A stretch of DNA of 40,016 nucleotides from Armatimonadota bacterium (GTDB lineage Bacteria > Armatimonadota > JAAZEB01): NCBI GenBank assembly GCA_016199585.1, contig JACQGM010000334.1:1-40016 (forward strand), read 5' to 3'. The stretch's first letter is position 1; each line of letters opens with the position of its first letter. The notes beneath the pieces are model-generated. The model was not told where the DNA came from. It was given only the letters and a program-made list of their open reading frames with translations, and did no database searches. Shown here one piece after another: positions 1 to 9,625 of the stretch. Position numbers and translations under genes: made by a program.

Positions 1-1722
1 GTTCGCTGTCGTCGCGGTCGCCTTCTGGCGTTGGTCGGCCTCCAGGTAGTGATCCACCAACTGCTTCAGGCTGGTGGCGGGCGGCATCGGCGGCGGGCCG
101 ATGCGAAGCCCCCCGCCCCCCGCGCCCTCGCCCTGGCCCGCCGGGGCCACCATCATCATCCCGCCGCCGGCGCCGCCACTCACGCGCAGCACCACCCGGC
201 CATTCGGCGCATGCTCGGGGATCTTCAGCGACAACGTGCGCTTGACCGGCTCCTTCTCCCAGGGGCGCAGCGTCACATCCACGTTCACCGTGTCGCCCGG
301 CTCGTACTTCTCGCGGTCTGCCACCGCCCGCTCGATGGTCGCCGTCCGCCGCGCGCTGTCAATGTCTACATTCACCTTGACTTCGCGAACGCTCACGCTC
401 TCCCAGGGATTGCTGCTCAGCAGGTTGAGGCCCGTGACCAGGTCCCCCAGTGAAGCGACGTCAATCCCGGAAGCGCCGTAGTAGAGGTTCTCGCGGCGGA
501 TCGGCCCCAGCTCCCGGGTCACCATCTCGGTATGTACCCTTGCCGTGGCGTCGCCCAGCCCGCTGTGCGCGCGCAGGATCGCCTCGTTGGTGACGATGGC
601 GACGAGCTGCGACGTGAGGAACCGGTTGTCAATCACCCGCGCCCGGAGCGTCCGCCGTCGGCTGCTGCCGAAGTCGCGCACGTTCACCTCAACGGGGATC
701 AGGTCCGGCACCCGTCCGACCATCGCAGCCACGCCCCAGGGCCGGTCCTGGCGGACGCTCCCGACCATCTTCACCGGCGAGGCGAGCTTGAAGGATGTGT
801 AGACGCTCGGCACCACGTCGTGTACCCAGGCGGTGCAAAGCGGCATGTCCACCGCGCCGGCGGTCATAAAGGGATGGCCGAAGGCGAGGATCTGACCGCC
901 TTTGCGGTAGGTGATCGTGCCGACCGCGGAGATGTCCACGTCGCCGACGGCGAGGGAGACGGCGGCCGCCGAGCCGGGCTCCAGCGGGATCGGCCTATCG
1001 TACTCCATGCCCCCGGGCCCGGAGACCGCCTCGATGCCGAAGGGCTGGAGGGCCTCGGAGAGGCGCTTCAGCCCGGGCGCGCTCAACCCGGAGACCATGA
1101 CCGGCGTGGTCATCGGCACCATCTCCATCGTGCCGGACTTCGCTCCGCCGTCCGGGCGCTTGCGGGCGTCGGGCACCAGGCGGATGCGCCGGATCGCCTT
1201 GCCCTCGACGGTGACCGGCCGGGGAAGGCTCCACTCCTGCGGCGCGGCCCGGGCGAGGCGCGCCCGACCGGACCAGGCCGGTTTCGCCGGCAGCGAGGGA
1301 TCGAGGGCTTCCAGCATGTCTTCGATCGGCGTCACCAGGCCGAGCGGCTCGCTCCCGAAGGGGTAGGTGGCGGAGACCGCGCCGAGCATTCGCCCGTTGA
1401 TGTAGACCGGGCTGCCGCTCATCCCCTGCATCACGTTGGCGCGTCGCTCGGTGATCGGCCCCCCGGAGACGCGCACCAGCACGTACGACCCCCCGAGGTT
1501 CTGCTTGGGGAGCACGCCGAGGACCGTCACGTCGAACGCCTCGATCTTCACCCCCTTGAAGACCGTGCGCCCGACGCCCTTCATGCCGGGGCGCACCTCG
1601 CCGGCGCGGATCATCTCCCGTGGATCGAACTTGACCGCCGCCGACGCCGCCGCCACCGAAGCGGACAGGAGGACGAGCAGACTGAGCAAACCGCGACCGC
1701 AGCAACAGGAAAGACGCTTCAA
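1..1722 (-). CDS. SpoIVB-like peptidase S55 domain protein, secreted; 3' end lies outside the window
   Basis: Not in the ORF track because it has no stop in the window. Manual translation from TTG 1722 (RBS AAGGAG upstream): MKRLSCCCGRGLLSLLVLLSASVAAASAAVKFDPREMIRAGEVRPGMKGVGRTVFKG...VMQGMSGSPVYINGRMLGAVS. Signal peptide plus the S55 GMSGSP catalytic-serine motif. Confidence 0.9.
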   Translation of the reverse strand, partial: MKRLSCCCGRGLLSLLVLLSASVAAASAAVKFDPREMIRAGEVRPGMKGVGRTVFKGVKIEAFDVTVLGVLPKQNLGGSYVLVRVSGGPITERRANVMQGMSGSPVYINGRMLGAVSATYPFGSEPLGLVTPIEDMLEALDPSLPAKPAWSGRARLARAAPQEWSLPRPVTVEGKAIRRIRLVPDARKRPDGGAKSGTMEMVPMTTPVMVSGLSAPGLKRLSEALQPFGIEAVSGPGGMEYDRPIPLEPGSAAAVSLAVGDVDISAVGTITYRKGGQILAFGHPFMTAGAVDMPLCTAWVHDVVPSVYTSFKLASPVKMVGSVRQDRPWGVAAMVGRVPDLIPVEVNVRDFGSSRRRTLRARVIDNRFLTSQLVAIVTNEAILRAHSGLGDATARVHTEMVTRELGPIRRENLYYGASGIDVASLGDLVTGLNLLSSNPWESVSVREVKVNVDIDSARRTATIERAVADREKYEPGDTVNVDVTLRPWEKEPVKRTLSLKIPEHAPNGRVVLRVSGGAGGGMMMVAPAGQGEGAGGGGLRIGPPPMPPATSLKQLVDHYLEADQRQKATATTAN

Positions 1723-1751
1723 CGCAAGCTCCTTCGCTCCCAAGAAAGAGG

Positions 1752-1966
1752 AGAACCCGTTTCGGCAGCGCCGCCGCAGGATTCGGGCCGGAACTCCCGC
1801 CACCGCAACAGCGACTGGCGAGAGGTGAGGCGAGGCATCGCGGGCTACGGAGGCACAAGGCGCCCTTGGCCGCACGCGATGTCTCGCCCCACCCTCTCTG
1901 CCACCGCGGCGCCGGCGCATGCCGATACGGGTTCTTCTGGCGGGAGCGGCGATCCCCGCCGCCCCC
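1752..1966 (-). ncRNA. candidate structured 5' leader RNA (long rod plus crossing helix)
   Basis: Nested complementary segments 1752-1777/1906-1935 and 1816-1842/1875-1903, plus a crossing 9-bp pair 1794-1802/1938-1946, all between promoter and RBS. Confidence 0.45.
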
Positions 1967-1981
1967 TTCCGATCTGAAGAC

Positions 1982-2011
1982 AGTATATCATCGTGCGGAA
2001 GAGAGCGTCAA
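1982..2011 (-). promoter_or_regulatory. sigma70-type promoter for the S55 gene
   Basis: Minus strand TTGACG-N18-TATACT with TG just upstream of the -10. Confidence 0.7.
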
Positions 2012-2248
2012 TAGCGCCCCGGCCATCCTCAGGCAAGCGGCGAACGCGGGGCGGCAAGGGGAATCGGCCGCGAACGGGGAATACCGATGGTGGGCGCGAG
2101 CAGCAAGCACCTGCTCGTACTGCTCCCGGGTGGTTTCGGCCGCCCGGCGGCACCGGAAGGCACGGGAGAGACCCGGGACGCCCCTGCCGGCCCCGCCACT
2201 CGGGGCGGCACGGCGCATCCAAGAGCGGTATAAACTCAAGAGGTGATC

Positions 2249-5200
2249 ATGCGGAACGGAGCGCAGCTATCGCTCTTCGGGGGTGCCGGCAAGGGGCACC
2301 TGTTTGATCCAGAGATGCTATCCCGCTACCTCAGGGAGCACAGGACCACGCTCCTCCCGGACCTTGACGCTCGAGCCAGGGCCATCCGCGACTGGGTTGA
2401 CGGGATCTCGGCCACTACGGCAGGGGAAGCGACGCTGGAACACAAGTTCGTCAGCGACATCCTCCACCAGGTGCTCGGGTATGTGGCGCACCCGCAACTG
2501 CCGGCGTCGCTCTACCCGAAGCCGGGAACCGCGACTACCGGCATCAGAGGCACACCCGATGTCGCGCTGGGCGAGTTCACCGCATCCGAGACGCGCTTCA
2601 CGGCCGTGATGGAGCTCAAGTCCCCGGGCGCGGATCTGGACCTGCCGCAGCCGGGGCACGGGAACAAGACCCCGGTTGAGCAGGCGTTTGACTATGGGAG
2701 ACGGATCCTGGGCGTGCGATGGGTACTCGTCTCGGACATGCGTGTGATCCGGCTCTACTCCGTGGAGTCGGCCGGCGAATACGAGGAGGTCGCCCTCGGA
2801 GACTGTGTTACCGCGGACGGCAAGCCCACCGAGTCATTCACCAGACTGCACTTCCTCCTGCACCATGACTACCTGGTGAGCGGGCACGAGGGCTCGCAGG
2901 TTGCGCTTCTGCACGACAAGTCCGCCGCCTCGCGGCTGAAGATGCGGGACAGCTTCTACGACGCCTACTACAACGTCCGCGCTGACCTGTACAACGAGAT
3001 CCGCCTTGCGTCGTCGCAGCTTCCCCGCGCTGCCACGCGCGACGACATCCTGGAAGCCACGCAGAGACTGCTCGATCGGCTGCTGTTCATCTACTACTGT
3101 GAGGACCATCCGCAGGGCCTCGTCCCGAAGGCGACCCTTGAAGATGTAATCGCCGCTGCACGGAGACTGCCTGGAGCAAGTCAGACGAAGACGTACGACT
3201 ACATGAAGGCGCTCTTCCGTGAGATCGATGCGGGAAGCCCGCCCGGAAGCGGCGTCGGGGTCTACGGTTACAACGGGGAGCTCTTCAAGGACCACTGGAT
3301 CATTGACCACATATCGCTGCCGGATTCGCTGCACGACAGGCGGTACGCGCTCGAGGAGCCGGATGGGAACACGCGCTGGATCCGCGGCGTCTGGGGGCTG
3401 CACGTCTACGACTTCTGGACCGAGCTGAGCGAGCACCTCCTGGGCCACATCTTCGAGCAGTCACTGTCGGATCTCAGTGAGCTGGGCAGCACAGAGGAGG
3501 TGCCGCTGTCGGAGAAAATGAGGGAGCGGAAGAGAGGCGGCGTCTTCTACACCACCAGCATCCTGTCCGATTTCCTCAGTGCCGGCGCTCTCACCGCTCT
3601 CCTGGACGAGGCGGCGCCGCTCGAGCATGTTCCGGCCGAGGAACTTCCCGGGCGGCTGCAGGAGCGCCTCAACCGCTTGCTTGCCCTTCGGGTGGCGGAC
3701 TTCGCTTGCGGGTCCGGCGCGTTCCTCGTCTCCGCGTACGGCGAGATGCTCCAGGAGTTCTGGCGGCTCCGGTCGTCCCTGGACGTGCTCGTTGCCAGAG
3801 ACCGCAGTTTCGACACGCTGCTGGAGACGGAGACGCAGGCCGGCCTTCTCCGTCATTGCCTCTTCGGGGTGGACAAGCTGCCCCAAGCGGTGGAGATCGC
3901 CAAGCTGGCGCTCTGGCTTCGGTCGGCGCGCAAAGAGGAGAAGGTGCCCGACCTGAGCGGGAACGTGGTCGCCGCCGACAGCCTGGACGTGGCAGCGGTG
4001 TTCGATAGACTGCACATGGGCGAGGCTGGCTTCGACCTCGTGATCGGCAATCCTCCCTGGGGAGGCGAGATGGACGAGGAAATCCGTGCGCGTGCGCTGC
4101 ACATTCTCAACCTCCCTGAGGGAAGCACGTGGGACTCCTGGGAGCTCTTCCTGCTCCTCGCCATCCGGGCACTGCGCGAGGGAGGCAGACTCGCCCTCGT
4201 GCTCCCGGATAGCTTCTTCTACCCTGAGAAGGCGCGCACGAGGAGGGGCCTGTTTGAAGCGACGGCCGTCGAGAAGGTCTACAACCTCGGCCCGGACTGG
4301 TTCGGCAGCATGGTCCGGATGGGGACGGTGGTCGTCCAGGCGCGTCGAGGGGCATCCGACCTCAACAGCCACCTGCACGGCCTCCTTCTCACCGGCAAGC
4401 TGCGCCGCGAGGCGATCCGCGCGAAGGTGCCGCTGACGCAGATCGAGGCGCAGTGCAGCCGACCGGTTCCCATCCGGCGCGTCGTCGAGAGCCCGACTTG
4501 TGAGGTGGAAGTGTTCCGCGGCGCCAGAGACGACGCGATCATGCGGCGGATGACCGACCGCAGCATTCCACTCGGGACTCTGTGCGAGCGCGGCCGAGGT
4601 GAGGAGGTAAACAAGGCGGGGCTGGTGTGGGAATGCCCCAGTTGCCTTGGCCTCACCACACCGGGTACGAAGAGGAAGGGCGGCGGCCACAACGACAAGC
4701 TGTGCGAGCAGTGCGGGCACCGCCTCACGGAAGCGTCAGTAGCAACGACTGCCTTCGTGGTCGAAGCGCAACCCCAGACCGGCTCCCGGGCGCCATTCAT
4801 TGATGGCGATGACCTGAACGAACGCTATCGTAGGATCGTGCCGAGCAAGTGGATGTTATTGGATCCATCGCGCTGGTCGCACAAGAGCGCCGGTCTCTAC
4901 AAGCCGCCCAAGATCCTCCTCCGCCAGGCCGGTGTGGGCATCCTTGCCGCCCTGGACGAGACCGACGCGCGTTGCCCCCAGTCGGTCTACATCTACCGCC
5001 TGCGCGACGCGTATCTAGCCAGGGGGTACCGGCACGAGTTCGTGCTCGGCGCGCTCTTGTCGCGAACCATGTCCTACTTCGTGCTGAAGCGGTTCTCGGA
5101 GGCCGACCCCGCGAAGGCATTCGCCAAGCTCACCCATGAACGGTTGGCGGACCTGCCGGTGCCGGATGTCCAACTCACGGACGCCGCGCACCGAACGGCC

Positions 5201-5437
5201 CACGATACCATCGTCGAGAACGTGGGATCCCTACTGCGCGGAACCGCCCACCTGGGGGGCAAGGAGGACCTGGAGATCGAGCAGGTACTTCGCGACCTAT
5301 GGGCCATCAGCAACGCGGATGGCGCCTACATCAACGGGGAGTTCCATGACCTGCCCGACAGCCAACCGATCCGCGATCTCTTTCCGAACGGACGCCCGAG
5401 GCCGGTCGCCGCGCTTTCGGACAGCGACGGCGGCTGA
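2249..5437 (+). CDS. fused restriction endonuclease / N6-adenine DNA methyltransferase (type IIG, Eco57I-like)
   Basis: N-terminal PD...ELK nuclease motif and QAFDY; MTase motif I DFACGSGAFL; motif IV GNPPW; C-terminal TaqI_C-like target-recognition region (PKILLRQ). RBS GAGGTG before ATG 2249. Confidence 0.88.
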   Translation: MRNGAQLSLFGGAGKGHLFDPEMLSRYLREHRTTLLPDLDARARAIRDWVDGISATTAGEATLEHKFVSDILHQVLGYVAHPQLPASLYPKPGTATTGIRGTPDVALGEFTASETRFTAVMELKSPGADLDLPQPGHGNKTPVEQAFDYGRRILGVRWVLVSDMRVIRLYSVESAGEYEEVALGDCVTADGKPTESFTRLHFLLHHDYLVSGHEGSQVALLHDKSAASRLKMRDSFYDAYYNVRADLYNEIRLASSQLPRAATRDDILEATQRLLDRLLFIYYCEDHPQGLVPKATLEDVIAAARRLPGASQTKTYDYMKALFREIDAGSPPGSGVGVYGYNGELFKDHWIIDHISLPDSLHDRRYALEEPDGNTRWIRGVWGLHVYDFWTELSEHLLGHIFEQSLSDLSELGSTEEVPLSEKMRERKRGGVFYTTSILSDFLSAGALTALLDEAAPLEHVPAEELPGRLQERLNRLLALRVADFACGSGAFLVSAYGEMLQEFWRLRSSLDVLVARDRSFDTLLETETQAGLLRHCLFGVDKLPQAVEIAKLALWLRSARKEEKVPDLSGNVVAADSLDVAAVFDRLHMGEAGFDLVIGNPPWGGEMDEEIRARALHILNLPEGSTWDSWELFLLLAIRALREGGRLALVLPDSFFYPEKARTRRGLFEATAVEKVYNLGPDWFGSMVRMGTVVVQARRGASDLNSHLHGLLLTGKLRREAIRAKVPLTQIEAQCSRPVPIRRVVESPTCEVEVFRGARDDAIMRRMTDRSIPLGTLCERGRGEEVNKAGLVWECPSCLGLTTPGTKRKGGGHNDKLCEQCGHRLTEASVATTAFVVEAQPQTGSRAPFIDGDDLNERYRRIVPSKWMLLDPSRWSHKSAGLYKPPKILLRQAGVGILAALDETDARCPQSVYIYRLRDAYLARGYRHEFVLGALLSRTMSYFVLKRFSEADPAKAFAKLTHERLADLPVPDVQLTDAAHRTAHDTIVENVGSLLRGTAHLGGKEDLEIEQVLRDLWAISNADGAYINGEFHDLPDSQPIRDLFPNGRPRPVAALSDSDGG

Positions 5438-5584
5438 TGCCGGCGCGCGGGCTTCGCTCCTGCACGCGGCGCGTGGGGAGACGTCCCCGGCATCTTCCAG
5501 ACACCCGAGCGCGCCGCCGCCCCGGTGTCTCACCCGATCACGGGGTTCGACGCCCTGTTCGGCTCTCTGATGAGGAGGAACCCG

Positions 5585-8500
5585 ATGCGCAGGATCCTGG
5601 TCGTTCTGCTGGGGTGTGTCATTGGCCTGAGCCAGGCCAGCGCCCAGGCGCCACTGGAGCCGACGATGCGCGACCTCTTCCGCGCCCAAGCCTTCCTGGT
5701 GCCCGCCACCGAGGAGGAACTGGGCCGGGATCTCTACCACCGCGACTGGGCCTTCGACCGGCCCGACCGGGGCAACTTCACCTACTTCTCCCCCGAGGTG
5801 GCCGACCTGCAGGTGACGCCGGAGAAGGTCCTGCGCTTCCGCATGGGAGCGGGCAAGGCCGTCCTCGGGTGGGGCAACTACGAAGGGAAACAGCCGCTCG
5901 CCGCCCGGCTTGCGCTCTGGCCCTGGCACGACAGCGTGGAGCTCCGCGTCAGGCAGTCGTCGGCCCCGAGCGCGTGGCGGCTCCACTTCTGGAGCGACGG
6001 CGAGCGGCTTGAGACCCCCGTGGCGGCGACGCTGGCGTCGGCGGACTGGCAGACGCTCACCTTCTCCCCGCTTCTGGGCCCGTACCAGAGCCTGGCGGAC
6101 GTGGCGCCGGACGGGTTCGATCTGGAAGTGGATGGCGAGCCGGGGAGCACCGTCGAGATCCAGTCGCTGCGCATCACGCGGCGCCTGCACGAGGGGTATC
6201 TGCGCAAGGAGTTCGATCTTCCCCGCGGGCGGGTGTGGCGCGCCATGGCCGAGGTGGGCATCGGCGGCTACCTCTACGTCAATGGGCGGGAGGTGCCGCT
6301 CGAGAGCAGCGTCTTTCGGCGCCCCGCGCTGAGCGGCCCGGCGGCCAGCAGGCTCTATCGCACCGCTCCCGGGGGCACGGTTCCCGTGGAGATCACCTCC
6401 TACCTCAAGCCCGGCAGGAACTGCGCCGGCCTTTACTGCCGGCAGGTGAATGACAGCCAGCTCGTCTACTTCCAGGGCCGGGTCGTCATGGCTTCGGGAG
6501 AGACGGTTCGCGTGGATGGCGACGAGACGTGGCGGATCAGCTCCCGAGCGAAGGATGGCTGGAGCCGGCCGGGATTCGACGATAGCGGCTGGCAGACGCC
6601 GGAGACGACCCACTGGGACCACCCCAAGAAGGTCGGGCTGGTCCACTACTACGACTTCCTCATCCACTCGTGGCTCATCGGCTCCGGCGGGGGATGGGTC
6701 GGCCCGAGCATCCCCGTCTGGGATGGCCGCCTGGTGCTGGAGAACCCCTACGAGCGCAGGCTCTTCTACGACGCCGCGAAGCCCGCGGTGGTGCGAGTCC
6801 GGGTGCCGGAGGGCCTGGCGGCGCGCCGTCCCGCGATCCGGTGGACGCTGACGCGCTCGGAGGAAGAGGGGGAGCATCCCGTCGCCCGGGGAGAGGCGAC
6901 CCGGTTCCGCCGCTCCGGGGGATCCCTGGTCTACGAGATTGACTGCGGCCGCCGGGAGCGCGGCGTCTACGCCATCGAGGTGGCGCTCCGGTCGGGCGGC
7001 GCCGTCATCGAGGAGCGCCCCCGCGAGCCGCTGGTCGTGATTGGCCGGATCCCGATGAAGGAGGTGGAAGGGCGGGCCTACGATGAGGGGATGAAGCTCA
7101 CCCTGGAAGATACCATTGACTTCACCGACCCCAACGACCCCCATCCCTGGGTGGAGGCCGCGGGCATTACGGGACCGCGAAGCAAGCCCGCCCCGGCGGT
7201 GACCACGCCGAACATCGTGCGACGGAATGGCCTGCGCTACCGCGAGACCGTTCGCCGCGAGCCGGGCCACGCCGATCCCCCGATGTTCTCCTACCAGTTC
7301 CGCTTCCAGCGCCCCGGCGACCTCTACGTGATGGCCCTGGAGTACCCCGACGACGCCGACCGCTGGATCGGCGTCTCCTGCTCCACCACCCTCACCGACA
7401 TCTTCACCAACTCCAAGGCGGCCCCCTCGGTGTGGACGGGCGACAAGTACCCGCTCACCAACACGGTGCAGGAGCTGCGGTGGGTCTACCGCTCGGGGCC
7501 GGGTCCGCACACGATTGATGTGCTGGCCCTGCAGGTGGGCGCCACGGCCGCCGCGGCCCGCCTGCGCATCTACCACGTGGATGCGCTCCCGGCGCTCAAG
7601 GTAAGGCCACCCGGGAAGGACGCACGCTCCTTCGGCACCTACACCGAGCGCACCACGCTCTACACCAGCTTCGGCAAGACGTTCGGCCCCACCCGCCAGC
7701 TTGCCACCCTGACGCCGCTCGGCACCGAGCCCGCCGACTTCCCGCCCCTTCCCGAGAGACTGCGCTACTTGCGGGACTGCCTGGATGCCTGCGAGCACTA
7801 CGCGCAGTACCTCCGCTTCACCGGGCAGAACCTGCTGGTGATGGGGGGCTTCCAATACGACAACGGGAACTCTCCCTTCACGCCGGCGGCTCACCTTCCC
7901 ACCTCCCGTGTTCCCCGCGATCTGCGCGAGATGGCGGTGCGCGTCTTCGGGCTGAACGGCATTGATGTCATCGCCGGGATCGAATACGACGGACACACGT
8001 GCTTGCGCGAGGAGTACCCCGTCAACGACGGACAGGTGGCCCTCGGCGCCGACACCGCGCTGATGGTTTCCCGGGAGGGCCGACAGTCGACCGGGAGGGG
8101 GGCGCGGCGGGCATACTCCCCCGGCTGGAGCTTCCTTCACCCCCGCGTTGAGGCGCTGATGCTCTCCGTGGCCGAGGAAGTCGCCGAGAAGTTCAAGGAT
8201 CAGCCCAACGTCAAGGGGGTAAGCTGGACCCATTACCTCACCGGCGAATGGAGCCCCGGCTTCAGCTCCTTCCAATGGTCGTCGCCCTTCCTCTACAGCT
8301 ACGACGACGCGACCATCGCGCGCTTTGGGAAGGACACCGGGATCCGCGTGCCGGGAGAGCCGAAGGACCCGGCGCGGTTTCAGCAGCGCCATGAGTTCCT
8401 GACCACCGGCGCCATGAAGGAGCAATGGACCGCCTGGCGCTGCCGGAAGGTACACGACTTCTTCCTGAAGGTCCGCGACCGCGTGCGCGCCCGGCGCGGC

Positions 8501-9574
8501 GACCTGGACCTGATCGTGTCGCCGTACGTGGACGTGGGGCACGACCGGGCATGGGTGGCGGACGGCAGGCCGCTGCGCGCGTTCCTGCGCGAGTGGGGGC
8601 ACGATCCCATCCTCTACCGCGACGACGAGGGCCTCTGGCTCTCCCGCTGGATGCACCCCACCCTCCACAACGAGCCGGCCTCCCGCAAGCCGGGTTATGC
8701 CACCGGATGGGAACAGAGCGTCGGGCAGGAGTTCACCGACCTGTACGCGCGCGAGCGGAACCGCTCGGCCGTGGTCATGCACCAGTTCTGGGAGCCGCAG
8801 TACCGCGCCCCGGGAGCCATCTACGACGAGGAGTCGCAGCGATTCCAGTTCACCGACAAGAGTGATTGGCCCCTTCCCGGCAACCGCGGCCAGGTGCTGG
8901 CGCAGCCGGGGGGTGAGAACGCGCGCGAAACCTTCATGCTGGCGCTCGTCGGGGCGGATCCCGACCTCCTGACATACGGGTTCATGGATGTGAACATGAT
9001 GGTCGGCCAGGAGCAGCAGATCCGCGAGTTCGGGCAGGTGCTGCGCGCCCTCCCACGAGAGAAGCTCCTGCCCGCGCTCGGCACCGGGCTGCAGACCAAC
9101 CTCGCCATCCGGGAGCTATCCAGGGATAACCACGGCTTCTTCTACGTCGCCAACCCCGGCTACTGGCCGATGGAGGGCAGCGTCACCCTCTCCGGCACGG
9201 CGGACGTGGTGGACCTGGCCTCGGGCCAACCGGTGGCAACCACGATTCAGGAGGGGAAGAGCGTGGTGCCGGTGAGTCTCAAGCCGTTCGGCGTGGCGGC
9301 GTTCCGCGCCGACGCGGCGGTGAAGGTGGCCGCCTGGAGCAACCGGCCGCTCCCGGAGGCCGAGCTGTCTCACGTGCGGGGGATCCTCGCCGATGGCGAG
9401 CAGCGCCTCGCTCAGGCGGCACCGCCCCTGAAGCCGGAGGACCGCGACTACCTGCAGACGGCCATCGCGGCCGCCAAGGCCGACATGGAGCGGGGGGCCT
9501 ATGCCTGCGCCTGGAGCCGGCTGACGCACTGGCGCTACTGGGGCCTGGCCCGGGAGAGCGTGGCGCATCGGTAG
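5585..9574 (+). CDS. large secreted glycoside-hydrolase-like protein (sugar-binding beta domains plus C-terminal TIM-barrel-like region)
   Basis: RBS GAGGAGG then ATG 5585; signal peptide MRRILVVLLGCVIGLSQASA; galactose-binding-like segment (YLRKEF...LYVNG...ITSYLKPGRN...W..PGFDDSGW); later YSYDDATIARF and WTAWRC motifs typical of GHL10-like hydrolases. Confidence 0.6.
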   Translation: MRRILVVLLGCVIGLSQASAQAPLEPTMRDLFRAQAFLVPATEEELGRDLYHRDWAFDRPDRGNFTYFSPEVADLQVTPEKVLRFRMGAGKAVLGWGNYEGKQPLAARLALWPWHDSVELRVRQSSAPSAWRLHFWSDGERLETPVAATLASADWQTLTFSPLLGPYQSLADVAPDGFDLEVDGEPGSTVEIQSLRITRRLHEGYLRKEFDLPRGRVWRAMAEVGIGGYLYVNGREVPLESSVFRRPALSGPAASRLYRTAPGGTVPVEITSYLKPGRNCAGLYCRQVNDSQLVYFQGRVVMASGETVRVDGDETWRISSRAKDGWSRPGFDDSGWQTPETTHWDHPKKVGLVHYYDFLIHSWLIGSGGGWVGPSIPVWDGRLVLENPYERRLFYDAAKPAVVRVRVPEGLAARRPAIRWTLTRSEEEGEHPVARGEATRFRRSGGSLVYEIDCGRRERGVYAIEVALRSGGAVIEERPREPLVVIGRIPMKEVEGRAYDEGMKLTLEDTIDFTDPNDPHPWVEAAGITGPRSKPAPAVTTPNIVRRNGLRYRETVRREPGHADPPMFSYQFRFQRPGDLYVMALEYPDDADRWIGVSCSTTLTDIFTNSKAAPSVWTGDKYPLTNTVQELRWVYRSGPGPHTIDVLALQVGATAAAARLRIYHVDALPALKVRPPGKDARSFGTYTERTTLYTSFGKTFGPTRQLATLTPLGTEPADFPPLPERLRYLRDCLDACEHYAQYLRFTGQNLLVMGGFQYDNGNSPFTPAAHLPTSRVPRDLREMAVRVFGLNGIDVIAGIEYDGHTCLREEYPVNDGQVALGADTALMVSREGRQSTGRGARRAYSPGWSFLHPRVEALMLSVAEEVAEKFKDQPNVKGVSWTHYLTGEWSPGFSSFQWSSPFLYSYDDATIARFGKDTGIRVPGEPKDPARFQQRHEFLTTGAMKEQWTAWRCRKVHDFFLKVRDRVRARRGDLDLIVSPYVDVGHDRAWVADGRPLRAFLREWGHDPILYRDDEGLWLSRWMHPTLHNEPASRKPGYATGWEQSVGQEFTDLYARERNRSAVVMHQFWEPQYRAPGAIYDEESQRFQFTDKSDWPLPGNRGQVLAQPGGENARETFMLALVGADPDLLTYGFMDVNMMVGQEQQIREFGQVLRALPREKLLPALGTGLQTNLAIRELSRDNHGFFYVANPGYWPMEGSVTLSGTADVVDLASGQPVATTIQEGKSVVPVSLKPFGVAAFRADAAVKVAAWSNRPLPEAELSHVRGILADGEQRLAQAAPPLKPEDRDYLQTAIAAAKADMERGAYACAWSRLTHWRYWGLARESVAHR

Positions 9575-9625
9575 GAGGCGCCGGATGGTACCAAGACGGA
9601 GGGAAACGCCCCAACGGGCCAGGCC

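Noticed and set aside
5540-5560. GGTTCGA T-loop-like motifs here and at 21024 as possible tRNA or tRNA-Sec
   Set aside because: No cloverleaf or acceptor stem around them.
5297-8782. 1161-aa minus-strand ORF (also 532..1977, 10241..12556, 13586..15391, 23246..25396, 38014..39915)
   Set aside because: Antisense shadows of real high-GC genes; no motifs, and composition typical of reverse-frame translation.
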